A DNA stretch of 63,600 bases, counting the filler. It is 6 parts of 6 records of this genome, joined end to end, with 100 filler letters (N's around TTAATTAATTAA, not from the genome) between each part and the next. Parts side by side here need not be neighbours in the genome. Positions count along the whole stretch, not along the records: positions 51,653 to 58,265 come from SRR20825019_542; positions 58,366 to 63,600 come from SRR20825019_778; 4 more parts are not named here. One strand, 5' to 3'. Of the stretch, positions 54,808 through 63,600 are shown in pieces. Under the pieces are notes generated by a model. The model was not told the origin of the DNA, searched no databases, and worked only from the letters and a program-made list of their open reading frames with translations. Both the position numbers and the translations under genes were made by a program. The stretch's first letter is position 1. Every line of letters starts with the position of its first letter.

Positions 54808-55517
54808 ATCTGCGGCCTTGTGATGCCGCGGCGGGCGCGTTTTTCGATGAAGTGGATGGCGATGTTGGAGATGAGCGTTACGATCAGATAGAGAACGCCC
54901 GCAGCGGAGAAAAACAGCAGATAATCCTTGGTCACGCCGGCGGCCTGCCGGGTGGCAAGTGTCAGTTCTGTAAAGCCGACGACCGCCAGAAGAGCGGTAT
55001 CCTTGGTGGTGATCAGCCAGAGGTTCGCAAGGCCGGGAATGGCGTGCGGCAGCATGGCAGGCAGAGTGATCCGGCGCATGATCTTGCCCGGTGCCATGCC
55101 ATAGGCACGCGCGGCCTCGATCTGTCCGGGTGGAATTGCCTGAATGGCACCGCGTAGAACCTCTGTGGAATAGCCGCCCTGCACCAGCCCGATCACCATG
55201 ATCCCTGCCAGCATGCCGGAAATGTCCATAGCATCGTAACCGAATGAGGCGAGAGCGTTGTTCAGCGCGTTTGTGCCCGCATAGTAAAGCAGCACGATCA
55301 GCACCATTTCGGGAACGGCGCGGATGACGGTCGTGTAGATTTCCATCAGGTCGCGGATAACCGGTCCACCATAAAGTTTTCCAGCGGCGCCGAAAACGCC
55401 GATAATCTGGCCGACGATATAGCCGCCGGCTGCCACCTGAAGCGAAGTCAAGAGGCCGCGGAGCAGAACGCCGCCCCATCCGGGCGGAGACAGTGCGAGA
55501 AGTTCCCAGCTGATCAT
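54804..55517 (-). CDS. Polar amino-acid ABC permease (HisQ-like)
   Basis: RAVPE, GQIEAARAYG, KDTAL. Confidence 0.9.
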   Translation of the reverse strand: MISWELLALSPPGWGGVLLRGLLTSLQVAAGGYIVGQIIGVFGAAGKLYGGPVIRDLMEIYTTVIRAVPEMVLIVLLYYAGTNALNNALASFGYDAMDISGMLAGIMVIGLVQGGYSTEVLRGAIQAIPPGQIEAARAYGMAPGKIMRRITLPAMLPHAIPGLANLWLITTKDTALLAVVGFTELTLATRQAAGVTKDYLLFFSAAGVLYLIVTLISNIAIHFIEKRARRGITRPQI

Positions 55518-55602
55518 TTTATGCTGAAAGATCCTTGTTTACCCGCCGGGCAGACGGGAAAAGCCGGAAGCGTTTCCACTTCCGACCGGTTGATCCTGGC
55601 GA

Positions 55603-56388
55603 TCACTTGCCGCCGTAAATGTCGAAGTCAAAATACTCGGCCGAAATCTCCTCATAGGTGCCGTTCTCAAGGATAGCGGCAATCCCGGCGTTGAGTTTAT
55701 CCTTCAGTTCGCCATCGTCCTGACGAATGCCGAAGCCGACATCGGCGCTGATAACGCTCGGGTCAGGTGCAACTGTGCCGACAAGCTCGCAGCAGGCCGT
55801 GCCGTCTTCCGATTTCAAAAACTCATCCAGTGCCAGACCGTCAGCCTGGACGGCATCAAGACGCCCGGAATAAAGATCCTGATTGGCCTCATCCTGTGTT
55901 GCGTAGATCTTGATCGTCGCATCGGGGAAGTGCTTGCGCGCGTATTTTTCGTGGATCGACGCGCCCTGAACGCCCAGAAGCATACCGTTGAGGGCTTCAT
56001 TGGTCGGGGCGTCGATGCCGGCGCCCTTGGCTTCAATCACCACGGTCGGGCTGGTGTAGTATTTGTCGGAGAAGTCGATGATCTTCTTGCGGGCATCGGT
56101 GATCGAAAGCGATGCAACGATCATGTCGATCTTGCCGGAGGTCAGCGCCGGAATGATGCCATCCCATGCGACCGGCGTGATGACGCAATCGAGACCTTCG
56201 ACAGCGCACACGGCCTCGGCAATTTCTATTTCCCAGCCTGACCAGTTGCCCTGGGCATCCGGCACGGTGAAAGGCGGGTAGGGTTCGGCGGCGACGCCCA
56301 TCTTGACGGTTTCGGCAGCCTGCGCGCCACCGGCTATCAGGGCAGCGGTGGCTGCGGCGCCGATCATTGCGGATTTCAGCTTATTCAT
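55603..56388 (-). CDS. Polar amino-acid ABC substrate-binding protein (HisJ/ArgT-like)
   Basis: Signal peptide; YPPF, WDGIIPAL..GKID, SIT..R..IDFS. Confidence 0.92.
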   Translation of the reverse strand: MNKLKSAMIGAAATAALIAGGAQAAETVKMGVAAEPYPPFTVPDAQGNWSGWEIEIAEAVCAVEGLDCVITPVAWDGIIPALTSGKIDMIVASLSITDARKKIIDFSDKYYTSPTVVIEAKGAGIDAPTNEALNGMLLGVQGASIHEKYARKHFPDATIKIYATQDEANQDLYSGRLDAVQADGLALDEFLKSEDGTACCELVGTVAPDPSVISADVGFGIRQDDGELKDKLNAGIAAILENGTYEEISAEYFDFDIYGGK

Positions 56389-56455
56389 GTGATTTGGTTC
56401 CCTCTTATTGCATTGAACGGTTGGCAGAAAACCGCAGAAAAACGGCCTTCAGTCT

Positions 56456-57253
56456 TTATTGAACGGAGCTGATAAACTTCTTCAGCCGTTCGGATTCAGG
56501 ATTATCGAACAGGACTTCCGGCGCACCTTGCTCCTCAACACGGCCATTGTGCAGGAACACGATTTCGCTGGCGACTTCGCGGGCAAATTTCATTTCATGG
56601 GTAACAAGAAGCATGGTCCGGCCTTCCTCGGCCAGATCGCGGATAACCGTCAGCACTTCGCCCACAAGTTCCGGGTCAAGCGCGGATGTCGGCTCGTCGA
56701 AAAGCATCGCTTCCGGCTGGATGGCAAGTGCGCGGGCAATGGCGGCGCGCTGCTGCTGTCCGCCAGACAGAAACGAAGGATAGGCCTCGCGCTTGTCGAA
56801 AAGACCGACGCGCTTCAACAGGGTTTCGGCTTCGGCGATGGCTTCGTCACGTTTGACGCCGAGCACATGCACCGGCACTTCGATCACATTCTGCATCAGT
56901 GTCATATGCTGCCACAGATTGAAGTTCTGGAAAACCATGGCAAGGCGTGTGCGGATGCGTTGGATCTGCCGGCGGTTGGCGGGCATCAGCCCGCCATGAC
57001 CATCATCTTTCAGGGCGATCTCCTCGCCATGAACCCTGATCTTTCCACGTGTCGGAAATTCCAGCATATTGATGCAGCGCAGCAGCGTAGACTTGCCCGA
57101 GCCACTGCCGCCGATAATAGCGATAACATTGCCCTGACGTGCGCTTAGCGATACGCCTTTTAACACTTCCAGATCGCCGAAAGACTTGTGCAGGTCTTCA
57201 ACCGCGACTGCTTCTGCGGGGTCATCATCCCGCGATTTTTGCTCAGCCTTCAT
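56456..57253 (-). CDS. Polar amino-acid ABC ATPase (HisP-like)
   Basis: GGSGSGKST, LSGGQQQR, FDEPTSALDPE. Confidence 0.94.
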   Translation of the reverse strand: MKAEQKSRDDDPAEAVAVEDLHKSFGDLEVLKGVSLSARQGNVIAIIGGSGSGKSTLLRCINMLEFPTRGKIRVHGEEIALKDDGHGGLMPANRRQIQRIRTRLAMVFQNFNLWQHMTLMQNVIEVPVHVLGVKRDEAIAEAETLLKRVGLFDKREAYPSFLSGGQQQRAAIARALAIQPEAMLFDEPTSALDPELVGEVLTVIRDLAEEGRTMLLVTHEMKFAREVASEIVFLHNGRVEEQGAPEVLFDNPESERLKKFISSVQ

Positions 57254-57351
57254 AAAAATGCTTCTGCCGACTCCGGTAGGTCAGCCGGTGTGACGCTCTT
57301 ATTTCAGGCACTGGCGGCTGACGATGAAAATTTGTTCAGTGGCGCCATTAC

Positions 57352-57380
57352 TACACTTGCAGAGTTATTATGCAAGTGTA
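57352..57380. promoter_or_regulatory. Perfect inverted repeat, candidate operator between divergent genes
   Basis: TACACTTGCA-gagttatta-TGCAAGTGTA (10-9-10). Confidence 0.6.
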
Positions 57381-57422
57381 TAACTACGCGCCATACACAG
57401 ATCAATATGGAGTTGAACAGGG

Positions 57423-58265
57423 ATGGCATTCGGAGCGCAAACAATGGCGCAACCCATCAAGCGGGTGATCATGCGCAAGCCGGGCGCGAGCCTTTTGAAA
57501 GCAGACCCGGCTGTCTGGCATTATGGTGAAACCTTCAATGCCGAACGTGCGATAGAGCAATACGGTCGCTTTGCCGAGCTGGTGGCTGCTTCTGGCGCGG
57601 AGATCGTCTGGTATGAGGATCACGACGATGGGCTCGCCGATGCGATGTTCACGCATGATCCATCGCTTTGCTCCGATCACGGGGCCATCCTGCTCAACAT
57701 GGGCAAGCCGTTGCGCAAGGGAGAAGTGGATGGCCATGCCGCGCTTTACGAGGCTGCTGGCGTGCCGGTTCTTGGCCGCCTGGAAGGCGATGGCACGGTT
57801 GAGGGCGGCGATTGCGTCTGGGTGGATGAAAAGACGCTCTGCATCGGTCGCGGCGTTCGCTCCAATGCTGAAGGTATCGCCCAGGTCCGTCACATTCTGG
57901 CTCCCCATGGTGTCGAAGTTCTGAGCTTCGATCTGCCGTTGTGGCATGGCGAAGAAGCCTGTCTGCATCTGATGAGCGTGATTTCGCCGCTGGCGGACAG
58001 ACTGGCGCTGGTTTATGCGCCGCTTCTGCCCGCGCCCTTCTATCAGTTGTTGAAGGAAAAGGGCTACACGCTCGTTGAAGCGCCGACGGATGAATTCATG
58101 GCGTCGAACGGTCTGAACCTCAACGTCTTGCCGACCAACCCGAACGATGTGATTGCCGTTGCCGGTTTTGACAAGACCAGAGCCGCCATGGAAGCGGCTG
58201 GTTGCACGGTTCACACTTTTGAAGCCGATGCCCTTTGCATTGCCTGCGAGGGCGGGCCGACCTGC
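57423..58265 (+). CDS. Pentein (amidinotransferase/DDAH/arginine deiminase) family enzyme, 3'-truncated
   Basis: DAMFTHDP, EGGD, CLHLMS, GGPTC (Asp-His-Cys triad). Confidence 0.87.
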
Positions 58266-58365
58266 NNNNNNNNNNNNNNNNNNNNNNNNNNNNNNNNNNN
58301 NNNNNNNNNTTAATTAATTAANNNNNNNNNNNNNNNNNNNNNNNNNNNNNNNNNNNNNNNNNNNN

Positions 58366-58393
58366 GACGGTTAAAGTCCGGATGGAAGAGAAC
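58366..58393 (+). ncRNA. FMN riboswitch (RFN element), 3' end only
   Basis: GACGGTTAAAGTCCGGATGGAAGAGAAC matches the conserved RFN 3' tail; directly upstream of rib genes. Confidence 0.85.
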
Positions 58394-58497
58394 AAGGCGT
58401 ATCGACGCGCGGAATCTACCCTTTTACCGGGGTATTTTACGCCGTTGTTTTCGCTTTTGCCCTGCTTGCGTCTTGTTGCAACAACGAGGCCAAGGGC

Positions 58498-59505
58498 ATG
58501 ATATCAGCCCCGGAAATGACGATTTCAGCCACCGAGTGCACCGCATTGCGGCATGCGCTGGCTGGCGCCGCGCGCTTGGCCGGCGCCACCTCCCCAAACC
58601 CTCCGGTCGGCTGTGTGCTGCTGGATGAAAGCGGCGCGGTGCTGGCCGAGGGCTTTCACATGAAGGCCGGCGAAGCGCATGCCGAGGCCGTGGCAATCGC
58701 CAGCGCCCGCGCGCTTGGCGTGTCCAGCCGCATCCACACCGTGGTGGTCACGCTCGAGCCATGCAATCACCATGGCCGCACCCCGCCTTGCTCCGACGCG
58801 ATCCTCGCGACCCCGGCGCGCCGTGTGGTTATCGGCGCGGCCGATCCCAATCCGGCGGTCAGGGGCGGCGGCGCGGCGCGGCTCAGGGCCGCAGGGCTCG
58901 ATATTGTCCTTGCTGCCGACCACCCGGAACTCCGTGCTGAAAGTGTCGCCGCCAGACGGCTGATTGCGCCTTTTGCCAAACACGCCCGCACCGGCAGGCC
59001 CTGGGTCACCGTCAAGCAGGCGGTCGATGAGGCCGGCGGCATGGTGCCGCCGGCCGGTCGCAAGACGTTTACCGCGAAGTCCTCGCTGGTTCTCGCCCAC
59101 AGGCTGCGCCGCCGCGCCGATGCGATCCTCACCGGGGCCGGGACGGTGCTCGCCGACAATCCGGAATTCACCGTGCGCCACGTCGCCGATTTCCCCGGAA
59201 AACAGCGTTTTCTGGCACTGCTGGACCGCCGTCGGCGGGTGCCTTCGCGCTATATCGAGGCCGCCCGCGCGCGCGGCTTCACGGTTTTGCACCCCGCCAA
59301 CCTCGACGACGCGCTCGCCCTGCTGGGCGCGAGAGGCGTGCTGGAAGTGCTGGTCGAGGCCGGACCTTCGGTTACCGCCGCCGTGCTCGATGCCGGCCTT
59401 GCCGATGAGCATGTGCTGATCACCAAGGGTAATCCCGACCATGTCGCAATCACCCATGCCAACCCCGAATTTGATGCCGTGAAGGCGCCCGGAGAAGAAC
59501 AATGA
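58498..59505 (+). CDS. ribD: Riboflavin biosynthesis deaminase/reductase
   Basis: PNPPVGC, HAE, TLEPCNHHGRTPPC, G.GTVLADNP, LVEAG. The start may be 58516. Confidence 0.92.
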   Translation: MISAPEMTISATECTALRHALAGAARLAGATSPNPPVGCVLLDESGAVLAEGFHMKAGEAHAEAVAIASARALGVSSRIHTVVVTLEPCNHHGRTPPCSDAILATPARRVVIGAADPNPAVRGGGAARLRAAGLDIVLAADHPELRAESVAARRLIAPFAKHARTGRPWVTVKQAVDEAGGMVPPAGRKTFTAKSSLVLAHRLRRRADAILTGAGTVLADNPEFTVRHVADFPGKQRFLALLDRRRRVPSRYIEAARARGFTVLHPANLDDALALLGARGVLEVLVEAGPSVTAAVLDAGLADEHVLITKGNPDHVAITHANPEFDAVKAPGEEQ

Positions 59506-60713
59506 AAATGGAACGCGATTTCTCGATGGAACCGGTGGAGCGCGCGCTCGAAGCCATGCGCACCGGCGGCATGGTGCTTCTGGTCGATGACGAGACCCGC
59601 GAAAACGAGGGCGATGTCGTGGTCGCCGCCGAATTCGCCAATGCCGCAGCCATCAATTTCATGGCGAAATATGCGCGCGGGCTGATCTGCCTGACGCTGA
59701 CGGGCACGCAGGTCGATCGCCTCGGCCTGCCGCCGATGGTGGCCGATAACCGCGCCCGCCATACCACCGCGTTCACCGTCTCGATCGAGGCGGCGGAGGG
59801 CATCACCACCGGCATTTCGGCTGCCGAACGCGCCCGCACGGTCGCCGCCGCCGCCAATCCGGATGCGAAACCCGGCGATATCGTCTCGCCCGGCCACATG
59901 TTTCCGCTGCGCGCCGCAGACGGCGGCGTTCTTGTGCGTGACGGCCACACCGAGGGCGCGGTCGATCTGGCGAGGCTGGCCGGCCTCAATCCGGCGGCGG
60001 TGATCTGCGAGGTGATGCGCGATGACGGCGAGATGGCCCGTCGCGATGATCTTATGGCGTTCGCAATAGAGCATGACATCCCGTTTTTGACGATTGCAGA
60101 ACTTGCCGAATACCGCCTGCGCACCGAAATCCTTGTCGAAGAGGTAGCCGTGGCGAGCCTGCCCACCGGCCCCGGCGCGTTCAAGGCCCATGCCTTCAGG
60201 AGCAGCATCGACGGCGTGGAGCATCTGGCGCTGGTCAAGGGCCCGCTTTCGGCAAGCCCGCTGGTGCGGGTGCATTCGGAATGCCTGACCGGGGACGTGT
60301 TCGGCTCGCTGCGCTGCGATTGCGGCGATCAGTTGCGCGAGAGCATGGCGATGATCGGCGAGAAGGGCGGGGTCGTGGTCTATCTGCGTGGGCAGGAGGG
60401 CAGGGGCATCGGCCTTGCCAACAAGATCCGCGCCTATGGCCTGCAGGAGCAGGGGCTGGATACCCATGCGGCCAATCTGGCGCTCGGCCTGCCTGCCGAT
60501 GCCCGCGAATATTATACCGCCGCCCATATCCTCAAAAGCCTCGGTATTTCCCGGCTGCAGCTTCTGTCCAACAATCCGAAAAAGCCCGCCGCACTTGCCC
60601 GCTGCGGGCTGACGGTTGAAAAGCGGCTGCCGCTGATCATGGCCATCAACCCGCACAACCAAGCCTATCTTGCGGCCAAGCGCGAGAAGTTCGGTCACAT
60701 TCTTCCGATCTGA
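59502..60713 (+). CDS. ribBA: Bifunctional DHBP synthase / GTP cyclohydrolase II
   Basis: DD..RENEGD, PGH.FPL, GHTE; RVHSECLTGDVFGSLRCDCG, QEGRGIGL.NK..AY. Confidence 0.95.
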   Translation: MKMERDFSMEPVERALEAMRTGGMVLLVDDETRENEGDVVVAAEFANAAAINFMAKYARGLICLTLTGTQVDRLGLPPMVADNRARHTTAFTVSIEAAEGITTGISAAERARTVAAAANPDAKPGDIVSPGHMFPLRAADGGVLVRDGHTEGAVDLARLAGLNPAAVICEVMRDDGEMARRDDLMAFAIEHDIPFLTIAELAEYRLRTEILVEEVAVASLPTGPGAFKAHAFRSSIDGVEHLALVKGPLSASPLVRVHSECLTGDVFGSLRCDCGDQLRESMAMIGEKGGVVVYLRGQEGRGIGLANKIRAYGLQEQGLDTHAANLALGLPADAREYYTAAHILKSLGISRLQLLSNNPKKPAALARCGLTVEKRLPLIMAINPHNQAYLAAKREKFGHILPI

Positions 60714-60761
60714 AACCTTGTCTGCTTGTTCCGGCGCATTTTTATCCTGAAAGGAAACAGC

Positions 60762-61202
60762 GTGTCTCATCGCATCGCCATCGTCATCTCCCGCTTCAAC
60801 GAGAAGGTCACCACAGGCCTTCTGAACGGCGCCAGGGCCGAACTCACTGAGCGCGGCGCGCCGGTCGCCGACGCCGATATCTTCGACGTGCCGGGCGCCT
60901 TCGAAATCCCGCTGGTGGCGAAGAGGCTGGTGCAAACCGGCAAGTTCGACGGCGTCGTCACCATCGGCGCGGTGATCAAGGGCGAGACCGCTCATTTCGA
61001 ATATATCTCGGAAGCCGCCGTCCACGGGCTGATGCAGGTCTCGCTCGAAACCGGAGTTCCCGTGACCTTCGGCATTCTGACCACCTACACCGCCGCCCAG
61101 GCCTTCGCCCGCTCGGCCGATGACAGCCACAACAAGGGTCGCGAATCAGCCGCCGCCTGCATCGAGGCGCTGGAAGCGCTGGCGAAGGTCGCCGCCGCCT
61201 GA
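60762..61202 (+). CDS. ribH: 6,7-dimethyl-8-ribityllumazine synthase
   Basis: SRFN, VPGAFEIP, GAVIKGETAHFEY, FGILT. Confidence 0.94.
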   Translation: MSHRIAIVISRFNEKVTTGLLNGARAELTERGAPVADADIFDVPGAFEIPLVAKRLVQTGKFDGVVTIGAVIKGETAHFEYISEAAVHGLMQVSLETGVPVTFGILTTYTAAQAFARSADDSHNKGRESAAACIEALEALAKVAAA

Positions 61203-61263
61203 CCGGCGAGGTTCGGATTGGCGGCAAAGGCCGTTCCCCTGCGGGCAACCGCCTCACCCACCA

Positions 61264-61296
61264 GCCGTCACCCCGGATCAGGTCCGGGGTGACGGC
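61264..61296. repeat. REP-like palindrome / terminator after rib operon
   Basis: GCCGTCACCCCGGA-TCAGG-TCCGGGGTGACGGC perfect stem. Confidence 0.7.
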
Positions 61297-61406
61297 GGTG
61301 GAGGTTCCTCAACACGCCGGCGGCCACCCGACCGGAAGCGGTTTTTGCTTGTCAAAGCGGCCTTCTCCCGTCATCCATGGCTCGAACCGGAACGGAGGAT
61401 GAGGCT

Positions 61407-62054
61407 ATGGCGCGCGAATTGAAACCGGAATTCCTGATCGGTGACGAGCAGGAACTGCGTTCGCTGTTTCCGGCGACCCATGACCTTGCGGCGAAGAAAT
61501 CCCTGCCGCGCCTCGATCGGCATGCGATCGATTTCATCGCGCGCTCGCCATTTCTCTGCATCGGCACCCAGGCGGCCGACTGTCGGGCGGATGTCAGCCC
61601 GCGCGGCGATCCGCGCGGTTTCGTGAAGGTGCTCGATGAACAAACGCTGCTGATCCCCGACCGGCCCGGCAACAACCGGCTCGACACCCAGTCCAACATT
61701 CTGGCGAACCCCGCCGTCGGCCTGCTGTTCATGGTGCCGGGTTTCGATGACACGCTGCGGGTCAACGGCCGGGCCGCGATAACCCGCGACCCCGATCTTC
61801 TCGCGCTCCTTGCCGTGGGCGACCGCCTTCCGCTGACAGCGATCGCCGTCCATGTCGAGGAGGTCTTCCTGCACTGCGCCAAGGCCTTCCGCCGTTCAAA
61901 ACTCTGGGATCCTGCCTCCCGTCAGGACCGCAGCGAAATGCCGTCGCTCGCAAAGATCATCCTCGACCAGATCGACGCCGCCCCGGAGGACCCGGAGGAC
62001 ATGAAGAGGATCGATGAGGGACTGGAGGCGGGTTACAAGTCGTCGATGTATTGA
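61407..62054 (+). CDS. Pyridoxamine 5'-phosphate oxidase-like FMN-binding protein (MSMEG_1061 type)
   Basis: DVSPRGD..GFV, PDRPGNNRLD, LRVNGRA, HCAKAF.RS.LW. Confidence 0.9.
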   Translation: MARELKPEFLIGDEQELRSLFPATHDLAAKKSLPRLDRHAIDFIARSPFLCIGTQAADCRADVSPRGDPRGFVKVLDEQTLLIPDRPGNNRLDTQSNILANPAVGLLFMVPGFDDTLRVNGRAAITRDPDLLALLAVGDRLPLTAIAVHVEEVFLHCAKAFRRSKLWDPASRQDRSEMPSLAKIILDQIDAAPEDPEDMKRIDEGLEAGYKSSMY

Positions 62055-62098
62055 GACGCGTCGCTCTCCCGCGCCTCCGAGCGGGTGCCATCGCTTCC

Positions 62099-62602
62099 TC
62101 AAAGTCTTGAGGCGATTTCCGAAACGGCCTGTTCTACGCTGTTTCTGGCAGTGTCGATGCGGATATCGGCAATGGACCAGCCTGCATAGTCACGCTCTAT
62201 CACGTCCTGCCATGTGGGTTTCTTCCAGCCGGGGATATCGATCGGCCTTCCTTCCACGTGCAGACGGTGCATGGCGGGGTCGGAGCAGATGATTTCGACG
62301 CCGAGAAAGCGGGCATCGGCCCGTGCGGCTGCCGCTGCGAACATCTCTCTGGTGAGCGCCCAGGGGTTCACGCAATCGGTGATCACATCATGGCCGAGCG
62401 CGAGATTTGAGGTGGCGAGTGCGGCTAGAATCTCATAGCTTTCCGATCCGATGACCCGTTCGCGATCATGCGCCAGCATGATGGTCTCGATTTCGTCGAC
62501 ACGGAGATAGACCGCGCTCGTCTTGACGGACAGCGCCTTTGCGATGGTGCTCTTGCCCGTGCCGGGCAGGCCCGCGAAAGCGATAAGTGTTTTCAAGCTC
62601 AT
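62099..62602 (-). CDS. P-loop kinase (AAA_33-like)
   Basis: GLPGTGKST, LRVD.IE, D.VNP, CSD...HR. Confidence 0.85.
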   Translation of the reverse strand: MSLKTLIAFAGLPGTGKSTIAKALSVKTSAVYLRVDEIETIMLAHDRERVIGSESYEILAALATSNLALGHDVITDCVNPWALTREMFAAAAARADARFLGVEIICSDPAMHRLHVEGRPIDIPGWKKPTWQDVIERDYAGWSIADIRIDTARNSVEQAVSEIASRL

Positions 62603-62640
62603 GTCCTCTCGTTGCTGCATCCCCGATTTCGCGGGCAAAT

Positions 62641-63600
62641 TCAATGAAAATCCCGGCTCGGGAACAGGCGCTTGGCCTGTTCGCGCGGGTGGTGCGCTCT
62701 TGGCTGGAGTTTCGGGCGCCGGGGCGTGTCGTCGGCCTTGGGGTCGGTGATGCCGATGGCATCGTCCATCGGGTGGCCGAGTTCGGAGAGGCGAAAGGAG
62801 CAATCCTCGATGGTCTCGGCGATGATGTGGACGACGATGCCCTCGCGCTGCAGCTTGCCCGTCACCTTCAAAAGCCGGCCGCCCATCACCGTGCGGCGGA
62901 AGCGCTCATAGACCTTGTTCCAGACCACGACGTTGGAAACGCCGGTCTCATCCTCCAGCGTCAGGAAGATCACGCCCGATGCCGTGCCGGGGCGCTGGCG
63001 GGTGATGACGAGGCCGGAGACGCTGACGCGGCGCTGCGTGGTCGTCGCGAGGTCGCAATGGAGCGTCAGGCCCGGCATTTTCGGGCGCAGCAGCTCCATC
63101 GGGTGGGCGCGCAGGCTCATGCGGGTCGCGACATAATCCTCGACCACCTGCTCGCCGAGATTCATCGCCGGCAGCATCACATCGGGCTCGCGGATATGCT
63201 CGCCGTCGATCGGGTCGTTGAAGAGCGGCAGCGGTTTTGGCGCGCGGATCGCCTTCACCCGCCACAGCGCATCGCGGCGGGTGAGGCCGGCATCCGCAAA
63301 GGCATCGGCCTCGGCGAGGCGCTCCAGCACCGCCGGCTTGAGGCCGGCGCGCAGCCAGATGTCCTCCGGCGCCTGATAGCCGTTGCCGCGTGCTTTCTCC
63401 AGCCATTCGGCGTCCTCTTTTTTCAGCCCCTTGATCTGGCGGAGGCCGAGCCTGAGCGCATAGGCGCCGTCGGCGCGGCGTTCCAGCGTGCAGTCCCAGG
63501 CACTGCGGTTGACCGAGATCGGGCGCACCTCCACCTGATGGTCGCGGGCATCGCGCACGATCTGGGCCGGGGCGTAAAAGCCCATCGGCTGGGAATTCAG
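62641..63600 (-). CDS. dnaE2: Error-prone DNA polymerase DnaE2 (ImuC), 5'-truncated
   Basis: LNSQPMGFYAPAQIVRDAR, RQRPGTA.GV.F.TLEDETG, C-terminal SRDFH signature. Confidence 0.95.
   Translation of the reverse strand: MNSQPMGFYAPAQIVRDARDHQVEVRPISVNRSAWDCTLERRADGAYALRLGLRQIKGLKKEDAEWLEKARGNGYQAPEDIWLRAGLKPAVLERLAEADAFADAGLTRRDALWRVKAIRAPKPLPLFNDPIDGEHIREPDVMLPAMNLGEQVVEDYVATRMSLRAHPMELLRPKMPGLTLHCDLATTTQRRVSVSGLVITRQRPGTASGVIFLTLEDETGVSNVVVWNKVYERFRRTVMGGRLLKVTGKLQREGIVVHIIAETIEDCSFRLSELGHPMDDAIGITDPKADDTPRRPKLQPRAHHPREQAKRLFPSRDFH

Noticed and set aside
20457-58365. Repeated TTAATTAATTAA flanked by N-runs as a biological repeat or piggyBac TTAA site
   Set aside because: Identical 100-nt synthetic spacers with all-frame stops; genes are truncated at each.

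Overview
Composite window: six unrelated contigs joined by 100-nt artificial spacers (N-run + TTAATTAATTAA + N-run at 20457-20556, 28813-28912, 39118-39217, 51553-51652, 58266-58365). (1) 1-20456 is a compact, intron-containing eukaryotic contig (protist, plausibly a stramenopile; taxonomy is inference). It carries the 3' end of a Pro-rich protein, a protein with five novel-looking C-x2-C-x3-H-x11-C repeats, an HeH-like + Zn-finger protein, a SMYD methyltransferase, two mitochondrial carriers (one fused to four Clp-N repeats), an LRR protein, ISN1, EFG1 and an atypical kinase. Very GC-rich islands sit at each divergent promoter. (2) 20557-28812 is Rhodobacteraceae-like core genes (ileS, NCS1 permease, ogt, pcs, xerC, DUF484, transaldolase, priA start). 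(3) 28913-39117 is Flavobacteriaceae-like (LTD-repeat secreted protein, dinB, CYTH, APC permease, greA and others). (4) 39218-51552 is a gammaproteobacterium, Methylophaga-like (alaC-hom-thrC, hemW-rdgB-rph, a transthyretin-like protein lacking HIUase catalytic residues). (5) 51653-58265 is an alphaproteobacterium (cyoD end, SURF1, polar amino-acid ABC transporter + M20 amidohydrolase divergent from a pentein enzyme). (6) 58366-63600 is an alphaproteobacterium (FMN riboswitch tail, ribD-ribBA-ribH, dnaE2). The best novelty candidates are the ClpN-SLC25 fusion, the 5x CCHC (SBP-Zn2-like) repeat protein and the pseudo-enzyme transthyretin. All family calls come from motif recognition; no database search was run.
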